From: Promethearchaeota archaeon
GTDB lineage: Archaea > Asgardarchaeota > Lokiarchaeia > Sigyniarchaeales > SOKP01
NCBI GenBank assembly: GCA_016839705.1
Contig: JAEOTR010000057.1
Span: 32,001-96,000 of the forward strand
Direction of reading: 5' to 3'
DNA: 64,000 bases
The translations under genes and the position numbers were made by a program. This document shows, piece by piece, positions 9,570 to 18,556 of the stretch (positions are counted from its first letter, which is position 1; each line of letters starts with the position of its first letter). The notes under the pieces were generated by a model. The model saw only the letters and a list, made by a program, of their open reading frames with translations, searched no databases and had not been told where the DNA came from.

Positions 9570-10799
9570 ATGCTAAATGACAATACTTCAAAAAATCGAA
9601 AGATCTTTAAATACCCTGCTTTATCCCCATTGTGGATTGCAGTCTTTATTGATATAATTGGTTTCTCAATGATTCTCCCAATGGGACCATTCATAGCAAA
9701 GCAATTTAACATTCATATTTTTATTATGGGATTAGTTTTTTCTGTAAATGCTGTTTTTTCATTTTTCTTTGGTCCAATTTTAGGAAAATTGAGTGATAAG
9801 TACGGAAGAAAACCTTTATTACTGATATCTCAATTTGGCACTTTTTTAGGATTCGTCTTATTTGCTTTCTCTAATTCAATCTGGATGATAATTATTTCTC
9901 GTATTATTGATGGAATTTTTGGAGGAAATTTTCCAATAGCTAAAGCAATTATAGGTGATGAAGTTCCCCCAAAAGAGAGAGGAATTCAAATGGCAAATAT
10001 TGGGGTTGCTCATGTCCTAGCTTCCCTTATCGGTCCAGCAATTGGAGGGACTCTTTTTAGTTTTGGAGGTGTTTTATTACCTGGTTTATTTGCAGCAGGG
10101 ATGTCTGTCTTTACTATGATTATAACCATCTTTATTTTAGAGGAAACCTGGTCAGAATCAAAACGTCAAGTACATCATGAAGCTCCTTTAAAAATCGATA
10201 TTAAAATTAGAAAAAACAAAAATGCAATGTTTATTTTAGCAGTATGGGGATTTCACACGGCTTCCTTCATGATTGTGATGTCTTCATTTTCTTTCTTTGC
10301 TGAAATTGTATTTGGAATTGAATCCTATGAAATAGGAATATTGTTAATGATTGCTGGGATTCTTAGAGCAATAGTAAGATTTACACTGTTTAAACCAACA
10401 ATAAAAAGATTAGGAGAAAGTAATGCTATTAAACTTGGCTTGGGGTTCTTCCTTGTAGCTTTTCTATTAATAGGATTTTCAATCAACATTATCATGCTTT
10501 TTGCATTGTTGTTAGTTATTAGTTTTGCAGCATCATTAACCCGTGGTCCGATGAATAGTAAAATAAGTCAATCAGTGTCACCACGAGAACAAGGTAAAAT
10601 TAATGGGTTGTCCTCAGGATTAGATAGTTTTGCCCAAATAATTGGACCCTTAACCGGAACTTTTATATTAGGTTTTTTTCAACCATTCTTTCTTAGTTTT
10701 GTTGTAGGTTCAATAGCATTAATTCCGTTCTTAATGGTTTTGAAAACTGTTAAATTTAAAAAATTTCAATCCATTAACTCTGAGCTAAGAGAAAAATAA
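9570..10799 (+). CDS. MFS transporter, TetA/DHA1-like
   Basis: Motif A GKLSDKYGRKP, RIIDG, about 12 TM segments. Confidence 0.92.
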   Translation: MLNDNTSKNRKIFKYPALSPLWIAVFIDIIGFSMILPMGPFIAKQFNIHIFIMGLVFSVNAVFSFFFGPILGKLSDKYGRKPLLLISQFGTFLGFVLFAFSNSIWMIIISRIIDGIFGGNFPIAKAIIGDEVPPKERGIQMANIGVAHVLASLIGPAIGGTLFSFGGVLLPGLFAAGMSVFTMIITIFILEETWSESKRQVHHEAPLKIDIKIRKNKNAMFILAVWGFHTASFMIVMSSFSFFAEIVFGIESYEIGILLMIAGILRAIVRFTLFKPTIKRLGESNAIKLGLGFFLVAFLLIGFSINIIMLFALLLVISFAASLTRGPMNSKISQSVSPREQGKINGLSSGLDSFAQIIGPLTGTFILGFFQPFFLSFVVGSIALIPFLMVLKTVKFKKFQSINSELREK

Positions 10800-10851
10800 T
10801 TAAAAAAATATTTTTTATACGAGTTATTCTTACATGTTTTTTCTTCTAGTA

Positions 10852-11061
10852 TCATTCCAACGTTTCAATCTGCCTAAACTGTCTTTTTTCCATTAATGGA
10901 ATTATTTTCTTAAGTACCATTATAAATACCCCAAACGCAAGCGTTCTTGAGCCAATATCATATAATAGGAATTTAATTCCTAGTAAGAATACTCCTAATA
11001 CAGGGTCTATTGGTTGATCAAAACTGTCGAAAGTAGTACTATAACCATTTATCTTCCCCAT
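10852..11061 (-). pseudogene. Decayed C-terminal fragment of an MFS transporter paralogue
   Basis: GKINGYSTTFDSFDQPIDP...IIPLMEKRQF aligns with the C-terminus of 11118..12410 (GKINGYTTTLDSLAQIIGP...IIPLMQKKQF). Confidence 0.8.
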
Positions 11062-11117
11062 CTTCGTTGTTGTTAATAATAGGGAAGGAGCTAGAAATAA
11101 TTATATTTATATTCTTC

Positions 11118-12410
11118 TTAAAGTTTCTCTTGTAATATTTCTTCTGGGTTAAATTGCTTTTTCTGCATTAAGGGTATAATGACTTTAAAATCCATTAAAA
11201 ATGCCCCAAGTGCAAGTATTGCCATAAAAGAACCAAAAAAAACAGGATTAAACCTTTCTAACAGAAATGTACCAAAAATTGGACCTATAATTTGGGCAAG
11301 ACTATCTAACGTTGTAGTATATCCATTGATTTTTCCTATTTCTTTTGGAGTAACAGATTGAGTTACCCTACTCATCAAAATTCCTCTTGAACAAGAGACA
11401 CCATAACTTGCGAATATCATTAGTATAATAAAAATCCATGGTTCAGGATAAATATTTGCAAATATACCTATACAGAAAAAAGTCACTACTAAAACTGATA
11501 ATCCTAAAATAGTCATGTTTCTTTCACCTAATTTCCTCATAGTAGGTTTAAATACAGAAAATCTTACTATAGCACGGGAAATTCCTGATATTGTTAATAA
11601 TAGACTTACTCCTAAAGTACCAAATCCGAGAATTAAAGAAATAAAAACAGCTAAGGTAGACACATATGTAATAAAAGAAAACGTATGTAAGGCGAATTGT
11701 GTTAATAAATATAGCACATCTTTATTTTTCCAGATTTGAATTTTAATTTTGATCTCTTTTTGTGCTTTTTCTCGCTTAAATTTAGGCCAAGTTTCTTCGA
11801 TAAATAAAAATGTTACTAGAATTGTTAAAAATGAAAACCCCGCAGCTACTAGACCAGAAAGTGCCATGGGATATGTGGGTCCAAAAATCTGAAATACGGA
11901 TAAAAATCCACCCAAGCCTGGAGCAACAAGTCCTGCAATTGTCATCACAACCCCCACGTTTGTCATTTGAATTCCTCTATCTCTTGGTGGGACTGCATCT
12001 GTAATGATTGCCTTTGTAAGTGGAAAATTTCCCCCAAAGATACCATCTACCATTCGTGCTATAAAAAACATTGGTAGTGAATTTGAAAAAGCCAAAATTA
12101 AAAATGCTGAGCACGTACCTGCTTCAGCAATTAAGAGCATTGGTCTTCTTCCATATTTATCACTTAACTTTCCCCAAATAGGGGCAGAAAAGAGCGAAAA
12201 TACGGCATTTGTCGCTAGGAGTAATCCAATTGTAACAGGAGTTGCATTGAAAATACTTATTAGAGAAGGTATATAAGGTAAAATTATATAGAAACCTAAG
12301 ACATCAATTAATAAACCGATCCATAGAGGTCTTAATATAGGATACTTTGTTTTCATTGCATCCTTAAACTGTTGTTGCTTTTCTCGTCGAGTAGGTGCTT
12401 GTTGATCCAT
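11118..12410 (-). CDS. MFS transporter, TetA/DHA1-like
   Basis: GKLSDKYGRRP motif A, about 12 TM segments; close paralogue of 9570..10799. Confidence 0.92.
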   Translation of the reverse strand: MDQQAPTRREKQQQFKDAMKTKYPILRPLWIGLLIDVLGFYIILPYIPSLISIFNATPVTIGLLLATNAVFSLFSAPIWGKLSDKYGRRPMLLIAEAGTCSAFLILAFSNSLPMFFIARMVDGIFGGNFPLTKAIITDAVPPRDRGIQMTNVGVVMTIAGLVAPGLGGFLSVFQIFGPTYPMALSGLVAAGFSFLTILVTFLFIEETWPKFKREKAQKEIKIKIQIWKNKDVLYLLTQFALHTFSFITYVSTLAVFISLILGFGTLGVSLLLTISGISRAIVRFSVFKPTMRKLGERNMTILGLSVLVVTFFCIGIFANIYPEPWIFIILMIFASYGVSCSRGILMSRVTQSVTPKEIGKINGYTTTLDSLAQIIGPIFGTFLLERFNPVFFGSFMAILALGAFLMDFKVIIPLMQKKQFNPEEILQEKL

Positions 12411-12546
12411 ATTCTAATCAAATTCTTTTTAATTTAAATCAAAAAATAAAGAATTACATTTAAAATTTCTAATAATAAAAAAAAGAGTATTCCTCCTTGA
12501 AGAGACCAATATTTTTTTTTGGAATCCCAACCAATAATTCAAAAAA

Positions 12547-13383
12547 TTATGTTTTTAAAAAATCCAATAATATCTGATTGACTTCAAGTGTTTTTTCCAA
12601 TGGTAAATTATGACGTGCATCCTTTATGACCTTAAGAGTACTGTTAGAGATTCTTTCATGCATATTTTGATTTACTGAAACTGGTGCGATTCGATCTTTT
12701 TCTCCACAGAGTAGAAGTGTTTCACTTTTAATTTCATGAAGTCTATCAAAAGTGTTATGGCCTTTCACCGCATTAGCTGCGTTTTCATTATCTTGGATGG
12801 AATATGGATTTTTTAGCTCTCTCTCGATTAATTCCTCTACAGACCATAAGCCAAAGAATTTTTTCTTAGGATCTTCTGCCATCTTTTTCCAAAATTCTCG
12901 AGAGAAACTAGCTTTTGCAGATTTTAAAAAGGTGTTTAGAGGATCCTTTTTTAAATCTTGAAAATAAGTGTTTTTCCCGTTTTTATACATTTCTGGACCT
13001 TGTTCGTTAGGAAATCCTGGCCATGTGTTTATTAATACTAATTTATTTACCCTTTCAGGATATTTTAATACATAATTCAATACTATCATTCCGCCCAAAG
13101 ACGATCCTACCACATGAGTCTTCTCGAATTTTAGATAATCTAACAATCCATTAATGTCTTCAGCATACATATCCATGGTATAAGGTATATTTGGATGATC
13201 AGATTTACCTGCACCCCTATTGTCGATTATTATAACTTTAAAATGTTCTGATAAGGCACCAACATGAATTAACCATCCTTCTTTAGTACCTCCCCAGCCA
13301 TGAATTAAAATTACAGGTTCTCCTTCTCCATGTATCTCATAACATAACTTTATTCCATTAACTTCAGCAAATAACTCTGTCAT
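12547..13383 (-). CDS. Alpha/beta hydrolase
   Basis: LIHGW, DNRGAGKS, nucleophile elbow GSSLGG, GEKD, catalytic His in ARH. Confidence 0.92.
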   Translation of the reverse strand: MTELFAEVNGIKLCYEIHGEGEPVILIHGWGGTKEGWLIHVGALSEHFKVIIIDNRGAGKSDHPNIPYTMDMYAEDINGLLDYLKFEKTHVVGSSLGGMIVLNYVLKYPERVNKLVLINTWPGFPNEQGPEMYKNGKNTYFQDLKKDPLNTFLKSAKASFSREFWKKMAEDPKKKFFGLWSVEELIERELKNPYSIQDNENAANAVKGHNTFDRLHEIKSETLLLCGEKDRIAPVSVNQNMHERISNSTLKVIKDARHNLPLEKTLEVNQILLDFLKT

Positions 13384-13423
13384 TTAAATCAAGTTAATTG
13401 ATTAATAATTATTATACTATTAT

Positions 13424-14281
13424 TCATGATTTTAAAAATTTTATAATATATTGGTTAATTATCTGGGGATATTCTAATATTGATTGATGACCAGCATCCG
13501 GAATAACAATAAAATGACTATTTGGAATTAAATTTTGCATTTTTTCAACCATTATCTTAGGACATGTCTTATCTTTATCCGCTGCGAGTATCAACACTTC
13601 GTTTTTAATTTCATGTAATCTCTCATATATGTTATGCGTTTTTAGTGCTTCTACTTGGTTTATGATATCTTTTTCTGTCGGACCATATTCCATTTTTTCT
13701 TTAACTAGATCCTCAACTGACCATATACCGTGAAATTTTTTCTTCGGATTTTGAGCCATTTCTTTCCAAAAATTACGCGAATAACTTTTTTTAGCCCCAG
13801 CTATGAAGTTGTTAATAGGATCCTTTCTCATCTCATTTAAAGAGGTTATCTTGCTTTCTTTATAATATTGAATTCCTTTATCGCTTGGAACACCGGAAGG
13901 TGTAATTCCTGCAATGGTATTTATCAAAACAATTTTATCAACATAAAAGGGATATTTTAAGACAAAATTCTGTACAATCATACCTCCCAAACTATGCCCG
14001 ATAATGTGTGTCTTCTGGATTTTAAGTAAATCTAAAAGAGCTTTAATATCATCAGCGTATATTTCCATACTATATAGTCCATTAGGTCTCGCAGATTTTC
14101 CCGCTCCTCTATTATCCATTCCAATTACTCTGAAATACAGAGATAGATCCCCAATTTGAGCCAGCCAATGTTCCTTTCTATTTCCAAAGCCATGTATTAA
14201 TAAAATGGGACTTTTTTCTTCACTACCATGAATTTCGTAGCAAATTTTTATCCCATTCACGTTAACAAATAATTCCGTCAT
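13424..14281 (-). CDS. Alpha/beta hydrolase
   Basis: LIHGF, DNRGAGKS, GHSLGG, AGH; start corrected to MTELFVNVNG by comparison with neighbouring paralogues. Confidence 0.92.
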   Translation of the reverse strand: MTELFVNVNGIKICYEIHGSEEKSPILLIHGFGNRKEHWLAQIGDLSLYFRVIGMDNRGAGKSARPNGLYSMEIYADDIKALLDLLKIQKTHIIGHSLGGMIVQNFVLKYPFYVDKIVLINTIAGITPSGVPSDKGIQYYKESKITSLNEMRKDPINNFIAGAKKSYSRNFWKEMAQNPKKKFHGIWSVEDLVKEKMEYGPTEKDIINQVEALKTHNIYERLHEIKNEVLILAADKDKTCPKIMVEKMQNLIPNSHFIVIPDAGHQSILEYPQIINQYIIKFLKS

Positions 14282-14321
14282 GATACTTCTTAATGATTTT
14301 TTTTTCAAGAAATTTTCATAC

Positions 14322-15155
14322 TCATTTAAGAAACTCGATAATAGATTTATTAACTTCTGGTGCATTAGATTTGTGAGATTCGTGCCCTGCTTTTTCTATT
14401 ACTTTTAAAGTACTATTTGGTATTAAATTGTGAATCTCCATCATTCTTTCTTTTGGTACAAGTACATCATGCGAAGCCGTGAGTAGTAGCGTCTCTTGCT
14501 TAATTTTGTGCAAATTATTAAAACTATTATGGGTTTTAAAAGAGTAGGATATATTTCGAATATCCTGTGCAGTAGGTGGATCTCTAGTATAATAATCAAT
14601 AAGGTCTTCAGCAGACCATAATCCAAAAAATTTTTCCTTGGGATTATCCAGCATTCTTTCCCGAAATTTATGATAAAATCCAAACTTTGTGCTATCCCAA
14701 AATGCTTTAACTGGATCTTTTTTTCTTACTTCCAATCCTTTAATTCTCATTTGAATATATGGTTCAGGATCATATTGCTCAGGAATTTTTGGCAATGAAT
14801 TTATGAGAACAAGTTTATTCACACTCTCAGGATACTTCACTACAAAATTTTGGGCAATCATCCCTCCAAATGAATGAGCTATTAAATTTATTTTCTGTAT
14901 TGATAAGTAATCCATCAATCCCTTCACATCATCAGCAAGCATTTCCATAGTGTAATGGTAGTTAGGTCTTGAACTTTTTCCTGCCCCTCTCATGTCGATA
15001 CTAATAATCCTAAAATGTTTAGATAATTCGGGGATTTGAGCCATAAATCCTTCCTTTTTTGAACCAAAACCGTGAAGAAGGAATGTCGGAAATCCTTCTC
15101 CTTGACTTTTATAGCAAATTTTTATGCCATGTACATCCGCAAAAGCTTCAACCAT
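14322..15155 (-). CDS. Alpha/beta hydrolase
   Basis: LLHGF, DMRGAGKS, AHSFGG, AGH. Confidence 0.92.
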   Translation of the reverse strand: MVEAFADVHGIKICYKSQGEGFPTFLLHGFGSKKEGFMAQIPELSKHFRIISIDMRGAGKSSRPNYHYTMEMLADDVKGLMDYLSIQKINLIAHSFGGMIAQNFVVKYPESVNKLVLINSLPKIPEQYDPEPYIQMRIKGLEVRKKDPVKAFWDSTKFGFYHKFRERMLDNPKEKFFGLWSAEDLIDYYTRDPPTAQDIRNISYSFKTHNSFNNLHKIKQETLLLTASHDVLVPKERMMEIHNLIPNSTLKVIEKAGHESHKSNAPEVNKSIIEFLK

Positions 15156-15358
15156 AAATAGTAATAGGTAGCTTAATTTTTAAGAAAATATATTATTAAT
15201 TGGTTTGCTTCAGGAACCTTTTCTAACGGAAGAGATAATTTAAACAGGTTTTTTAGTTATTTTAGGGGGCCCTAAGCTTAAGGAATTTAAAATTTTCAAT
15301 AATTTTTGAATATTCGTTCCCATAAATCAAATGAGGCATTTCTCCTAATTTATTTTTA

Positions 15359-15693
15359 TCATTTGTTCGAAGCATCTGCCTCAAATATTAAATCAAGGAT
15401 TTCTTCATATTGCCCACTTAGAATTATTTCCATTTTCTCTTCTTTTTGAGACATTAAGTTATTTTCAAATAATTCTTTACGAGTTGGCTTAGGTTTGTTT
15501 GGTTGATGAGTGATATTTTGCTTCAAATAAGGTGAATTTTTTAAAATTGTAAGATTATTCAATGGTTTCTTTGTTGACTTTTTTTAGCAGGCTTCTTAGG
15601 TGCAGTCTTGGTTGTTGCTATAGCTTTCTGTACTGGTTTTTTAGAAGCAAATTTTGATGTTGCTGTCTTATTTATTGATGGTTTTTTCGCTAT
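15359..15693 (-). pseudogene. Lys/Ala/Pro/Thr-rich histone-H1-like basic protein gene, frameshifted, ATA start
   Basis: AGGT then ATA GCG AAA AAA CCA gives AKKPSINKTATSKFASKKPVQKAIATTKTAPKKPAKK; a -1 shift in an A7 run at about 15579-15585 joins it to KSTKKPLNNL... (ORF 15359..15562). Confidence 0.6.
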
Positions 15694-15866
15694 TTTTTAA
15701 ACCTATAAAAAATGTAGTTTGAATTTTTGACCTTGTTATAATATTTTCAAAATGATATTTAAAAACTACATCCTAAATGAATTAGTAAACTGTTTTAACA
15801 TAGATTTTTATATTGAATTTCCTTATTTTTAATAACTTCAATACAAAAATCTGAGGTTTTGAGAAT

Positions 15867-16241
15867 ATGGTTCGAACTGCGAGAGAGCATCGTTTGTCAT
15901 GCTATGGTGTAATAATAACTATCGTTGTTGCATTAATTTTATATTTAATTTTTGGTCCAAATTTCTTTATGAATCCTTTTATTGTATTCTCTTTCATAGC
16001 ATTCGTAATAATTCTTAATTGTTGGTTATTTGGCCAAATCCGAGCATTCAAGGAATGGTTAAGGAGCAAAAAAAAAATGAAGACTTATCAATATATCAAG
16101 AAGGCACCTGCAGCTGAGAGTTTAGAGACTTCTGAAACATTTGAGTTAGAAGATAATATAACATGTCCTTATTGTGGAGTAGTACAAGAAAAAGGCACCA
16201 CTTTTTGTACTAAATGTGGCCAAAAAATAGAAAATCTCTGA
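15867..16241 (+). CDS. Two-TM membrane protein with C-terminal zinc ribbon
   Basis: Two hydrophobic helices; CPYCG...FCTKCG. Confidence 0.8.
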   Translation: MVRTAREHRLSCYGVIITIVVALILYLIFGPNFFMNPFIVFSFIAFVIILNCWLFGQIRAFKEWLRSKKKMKTYQYIKKAPAAESLETSETFELEDNITCPYCGVVQEKGTTFCTKCGQKIENL

Positions 16242-16329
16242 AAGAATATTTAGCAAGCAAACTTATTCATCTATTTTTTTATTTTGAATAAAAAGAAAAA
16301 AATTAATTTTTTTGATAAAATTTTAATTT

Positions 16330-16785
16330 CTATGGTAGTTTGTGACCACAACTACCACAAAAATCAGAATCAGGCTTTAGGGGTTTTCCACATTCAGGAC
16401 ATAAGTTATTTTGAGAGCTCTCAATTTGAGATCTGGCTTTGTTAATGGTTTCTGCTAAAATTAATGAATTTTTTTTAGACTGTTTTATAAAATGCTTAAG
16501 GTTATCAAGTGGTACAATAGTGTAAAATTTTCCAGAATGAGTTTCAATTTTAACTAGATGCATAATTCGACGTTTAGTTTTATATGCTGAAGAGATATCT
16601 GACCATGGGAGCTCTAGATGAAATCCTGCATTATGTTTAATAATTCCAGGTGCACTTACATTTTGACCCTCAAAAGTTAGACCTTCAGTAGTAATGTGAA
16701 TATTTGCATAGTAAACATTATCATATTGCACCATTTTCATCTCTCCTTCACAGAAGAATCCTGCTGCTTGGTATAATAACGTCAT
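16330..16785 (-). CDS. GRAM/PH-like domain protein with C-terminal zinc ribbon
   Basis: IHITTEGLTF...LPWSDIS...VKIETHSGKFY pattern followed by a helix; CPECG...FCGSCG. Confidence 0.7.
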   Translation of the reverse strand: MTLLYQAAGFFCEGEMKMVQYDNVYYANIHITTEGLTFEGQNVSAPGIIKHNAGFHLELPWSDISSAYKTKRRIMHLVKIETHSGKFYTIVPLDNLKHFIKQSKKNSLILAETINKARSQIESSQNNLCPECGKPLKPDSDFCGSCGHKLP

Positions 16786-16876
16786 TTTTAATACCTTATT
16801 TTTGTCTTTTTAATATTTTAATATATTATTTGTAAGGTTAATATTAAATATTTTCGTTTTAATTTGTCCTAGCAGA

Positions 16877-17935
16877 TTAATTTTGAAAGGATTTAATAAT
16901 TGAGATAGGGAATCCACAAAATTTACAATTTCCATAAGAATCTAAATACAAATCCTGAATTCCTAACATTTTTCTTTTTATGACTAATTTATAACATTGA
17001 GGGCAATAAGTATGATCATAATCGTTAGAATGTAAATTTCCAAGATATACATATTTTAAACCAACATCTCTTGCAATATCATGTGCATTATTTAGAAGTT
17101 CTAAAGGTGTAGGCTCTGAAAGTCCATAATTAGATGATTTATAATGAGGAAAGAAACGACTTATATGATATGGTGTTAATTCACCTAATTCATTAAATAT
17201 TCTTTCAGCAATTTTTTTAACAATTTCTTCTTTAGAATTTAATCCTTGTATTAATAATGTTGTTATTTCAATATGAACGCCTAAATCCTTTGCTAAACTT
17301 GCATTTCTCCATACTTTCTCTACGTCAGTGCCACAATATTGCTGGACCATATCAGAATCTCCTTTAATATCTATGTTCATTGCATCAAGACCAGCATCTA
17401 CTAGATCTCTTAAAACTTCTTCTGTCATGTAACCATTTGTGACGTATGTATTATATAAACCGTTCTGTTTAGCTAATTTAAATACTTCCAACGAATATTC
17501 AAACAATAATGTAGGTTCATTAAAAGAAATTGATGTACCTTTACATTTTCTTTTTAAAGCAATCTCTATCAATTTCTTAGGTGAGAAAAATTCATCAAAT
17601 GTCACAAATTGAATCGCTTTTGATGGACTAGTTTTTGATAGATGATGATTTTGGCACCAAAAACATGAAAAATTACACCCATATGTACCAATAGTTAATG
17701 CTTTACTTCCTGGATGAAAGTGATAAAAAGGTTTCTTTTCGATTGGATTAATTGATAAAGCTGGAATTAATCCATAAACGATTGTATATATTTCTCCCTC
17801 CTTATTAATTCTAGTTTGGCAAAACCCAGATTTTCCATTCGGAATTGTACACTTTCTCTCACAAGTTAAACACTGAGAGGTACTTTCATCAATTTGTCTT
17901 TGGTATTTAGCCTTCTTTACAAATTCTGAATTCAT
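16877..17935 (-). CDS. amrS: AmmeMemoRadiSam-system radical SAM enzyme (PFL-activase-like)
   Basis: N-terminal CLTCERKC..GFC, PIEKKPFYHFHPG, CNFSCFWCQN, NEPT, HISRFFPHY, YVYLGN, C-terminal CPQC/CKFC. Confidence 0.9.
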   Translation of the reverse strand: MNSEFVKKAKYQRQIDESTSQCLTCERKCTIPNGKSGFCQTRINKEGEIYTIVYGLIPALSINPIEKKPFYHFHPGSKALTIGTYGCNFSCFWCQNHHLSKTSPSKAIQFVTFDEFFSPKKLIEIALKRKCKGTSISFNEPTLLFEYSLEVFKLAKQNGLYNTYVTNGYMTEEVLRDLVDAGLDAMNIDIKGDSDMVQQYCGTDVEKVWRNASLAKDLGVHIEITTLLIQGLNSKEEIVKKIAERIFNELGELTPYHISRFFPHYKSSNYGLSEPTPLELLNNAHDIARDVGLKYVYLGNLHSNDYDHTYCPQCYKLVIKRKMLGIQDLYLDSYGNCKFCGFPISIIKSFQN

Positions 17936-18199
17936 TCAAATCAATCTTGAAATTTAATAATGCCTTTTATACCTTTCATGTTTTTAATTACATAATAATT
18001 AGAGAATATTATTAGCCATCTTGTTTTAAATTAAGGTAAACTATCTAAAAAACTCTTTAATAACTAATCGACTAAATTTATAAATCCTAAAATTAGCCCC
18101 AAAACTAACCTTATTAATGGGATTGTCCTACTCTTTAAATAGTATATTTACTTATACTGCAGAAAAGCAATAATTAAAAAAGTGAAAATGTGATTTCGA

Positions 18200-18508
18200 C
18201 TGCCAAAATGTCCATATTGTAAAGAAGAGCTTGAATTAAAACTCGAAATTAACCCAACACCTATCAACGACAAGTTTAAGAGTGATCTCTTAAAAACTTA
18301 TGAGAGTTTCATAGAAATTCAAGCTGAGGTTGTCCCCTTTGGGGGAAAAATGCTAAAAAGAATGGCAAATTATGGTTTAAAATTTGTTAGTCGATATTTA
18401 GATCGAATTGGAGCTATACCCCTAATATTGCATTCTTGTTCAAAATGCGATTCAGTGATATCATCCGAATCGGTAGTAGATTTAATGTCTTCACAAAGCT
18501 CAAGCTAA
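18200..18508 (+). CDS. Zinc-binding protein, CxxC-x~72-CxxC, CTG start (not in ORF track)
   Basis: Open frame (M)PKCPYCKEELELKLEINP...LHSCSKCDSVISSESVVDLMSSQSSS, 102 aa; GTGA SD-like element upstream. Confidence 0.75.
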   Translation: MPKCPYCKEELELKLEINPTPINDKFKSDLLKTYESFIEIQAEVVPFGGKMLKRMANYGLKFVSRYLDRIGAIPLILHSCSKCDSVISSESVVDLMSSQSSS

Positions 18509-18556
18509 CCATACATAGCATACTTTGTTTTTATCATAGAATTTATCTAAACGACC

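Noticed and set aside
14282-14365. 28-aa N-terminal extension of the second hydrolase
   Set aside because: Overlaps the upstream gene; paralogues begin at the equivalent of MTELF
15578-15588. Classical programmed -1 ribosomal frameshift at A_AAA_AAG
   Set aside because: The heptamer is not in the required zero-frame register (GCT AAA AAA AGT); an indel or transcriptional slippage is more plausible
18188-18202. In-frame ATG-TGA before the zinc-finger ORF, suggesting selenocysteine at codon 2
   Set aside because: The same ATGTGATTT context precedes the mutase TTG start, so it is better read as a GTGA SD-like element; no convincing SECIS was seen downstream
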